Shown in pieces: positions 63,031 to 64,000 of a stretch of 64,000 nt of DNA (position 1 is the stretch's first letter; each line of letters opens with the position of its first letter). The notes under the pieces were generated by a model. The model saw only the letters and a list, made by a program, of their open reading frames with translations. It was not told the DNA's origin and did not search any database. A program made the position numbers and the translations under genes. Source of the DNA: Bdellovibrionales bacterium (GTDB lineage Bacteria > Bdellovibrionota > Bdellovibrionia > Bdellovibrionales > UBA1609); the NCBI GenBank assembly GCA_027317865.1, contig DAHVQG010000008.1:64001-128000 (forward strand). Reading direction: 5' to 3'.

Positions 63031-64000
63031 CTATAAAAGCGGCGTCACAATTGATTCGATCTGCTTTCGTATCCTGGCTAATCCCGCCTCGGTTGAAGAC
63101 TCAAATCTAAGAACAAGAACTGGTTGCGTATTCGACGGTCTCGCTAGGGCCCAGCCGTCGGCAAAGCTAATGCGGATACCATCAATCAAATTAACTTTAT
63201 ATTGCTGAGATTTCTCTGCAAAATGTGCGCGAATAGCTTCAACTATACTTAGTTTTTTCTCTTCTGTGGTGTCGATACGAATTTCTGGCGTGTTAAATGA
63301 TGGCGGTAAATCACGGAGCAATTCGCGAATCGTTTTGCCGGTTGTTGAAAGTATTTCGACGACGCGCAAGGCGGCGTACAGAGCGTCGTCATAACCGTAA
63401 TTGCGGTCCGCAAAGAACACATGGCCGCTTAGCTCACCTCCGAATGGAGCGCCCTCTAACTTCACTTTTTCTTTTATAAGACTATGGCCGGTCTTCCACA
63501 TAATTGGCTCGCCACCATATTTACGAATGTAATCATACAGTCGATCCGAACACTTTACGTCACCAATAATTTTACTCTTCGGAAGTTTTTCAAGAATAAA
63601 ACGTGAATAGAGCGCCATAAGTTCATCACCCAAAACCTGGCACCCCGTTTCGTCAACAATTCCGATGCGGTCGGCGTCGCCGTCAAAACCAATTCCCACC
63701 ATGGACTTGGTTTCTCTTACGGCGGCGGCCAAAGCGCGCAAGTTTTTTTCTACCGTGGGGTCAGGATGGTGATTAGGAAACGTGCCGTCCGGATTTTCAA
63801 AAAGAATTTTCGGCTTTAAACCTACGGATTCAAAAAGCGCTCGAGTGACACATCCTGCGGCGCCATTTCCACAATCAAGCACAAAGGGCACGGGTTCAAG
63901 CTTTCCGAATTCATCATGATAGCGGGCAACATATTGAGGCAAAATGTTGTATTGAGTTTCATCGCCGAGGGCCTGTGGCTTAACGAAATCGCCCTCTTCA
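63031..64000 (-). CDS. Phosphomannomutase/phosphoglucomutase (AlgC-like); 5' part beyond the window
   Basis: DGTFPNHHPDP, FDGDADR metal loop, GELSGH, RPSNTQP. Confidence 0.93.
   Translation of the reverse strand, partial: EEGDFVKPQALGDETQYNILPQYVARYHDEFGKLEPVPFVLDCGNGAAGCVTRALFESVGLKPKILFENPDGTFPNHHPDPTVEKNLRALAAAVRETKSMVGIGFDGDADRIGIVDETGCQVLGDELMALYSRFILEKLPKSKIIGDVKCSDRLYDYIRKYGGEPIMWKTGHSLIKEKVKLEGAPFGGELSGHVFFADRNYGYDDALYAALRVVEILSTTGKTIRELLRDLPPSFNTPEIRIDTTEEKKLSIVEAIRAHFAEKSQQYKVNLIDGIRISFADGWALARPSNTQPVLVLRFESSTEAGLARIRKQIESIVTPLL

Overview
Core replication-origin region of a bacterial chromosome. Gene order and protein character point to Bdellovibrionota (inference). The origin block is parB-parA-rsmG-mnmG-mnmE-jag-yidC-yidD-rnpA-rpmH, then dnaA-[oriC]-dnaN-recF-gyrB-gyrA. 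oriC lies between dnaA and dnaN and has a 12-bp-phased DnaA-box array, DnaA-trios and an AT-rich unwinding element. Two parS sites bracket a small basic lipoprotein gene. The ATP synthase operon is split across the origin (atpF'FHAGDC on one side, atpZ/I/B/E on the other). Also present: a membrane-arm-only nuoA-H-J-K-L-M-N operon, mfd, lon, a zinc-free DksA, grpE-dnaJ, hemW, tatBC, a propionyl-CoA carboxylase/methylmalonyl-CoA mutase cluster, asnS, an S8 lipoprotein protease and a phosphomannomutase. I saw no tRNA, rRNA, CRISPR array, IS element or prophage. There is no clear-cut novel multi-gene system. The best leads are (i) an HTH/coiled-coil gene divergent from a patatin across a palindrome-rich operator, (ii) the parS-bracketed lipoprotein beside parAB-bactofilin, (iii) a sigma28-like promoter interleaved with an SD-occluding hairpin before lon, (iv) a natural GyrA Ser83Met and (v) unusually basic exported proteins. 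All calls come from reading the sequence; no searches were run.
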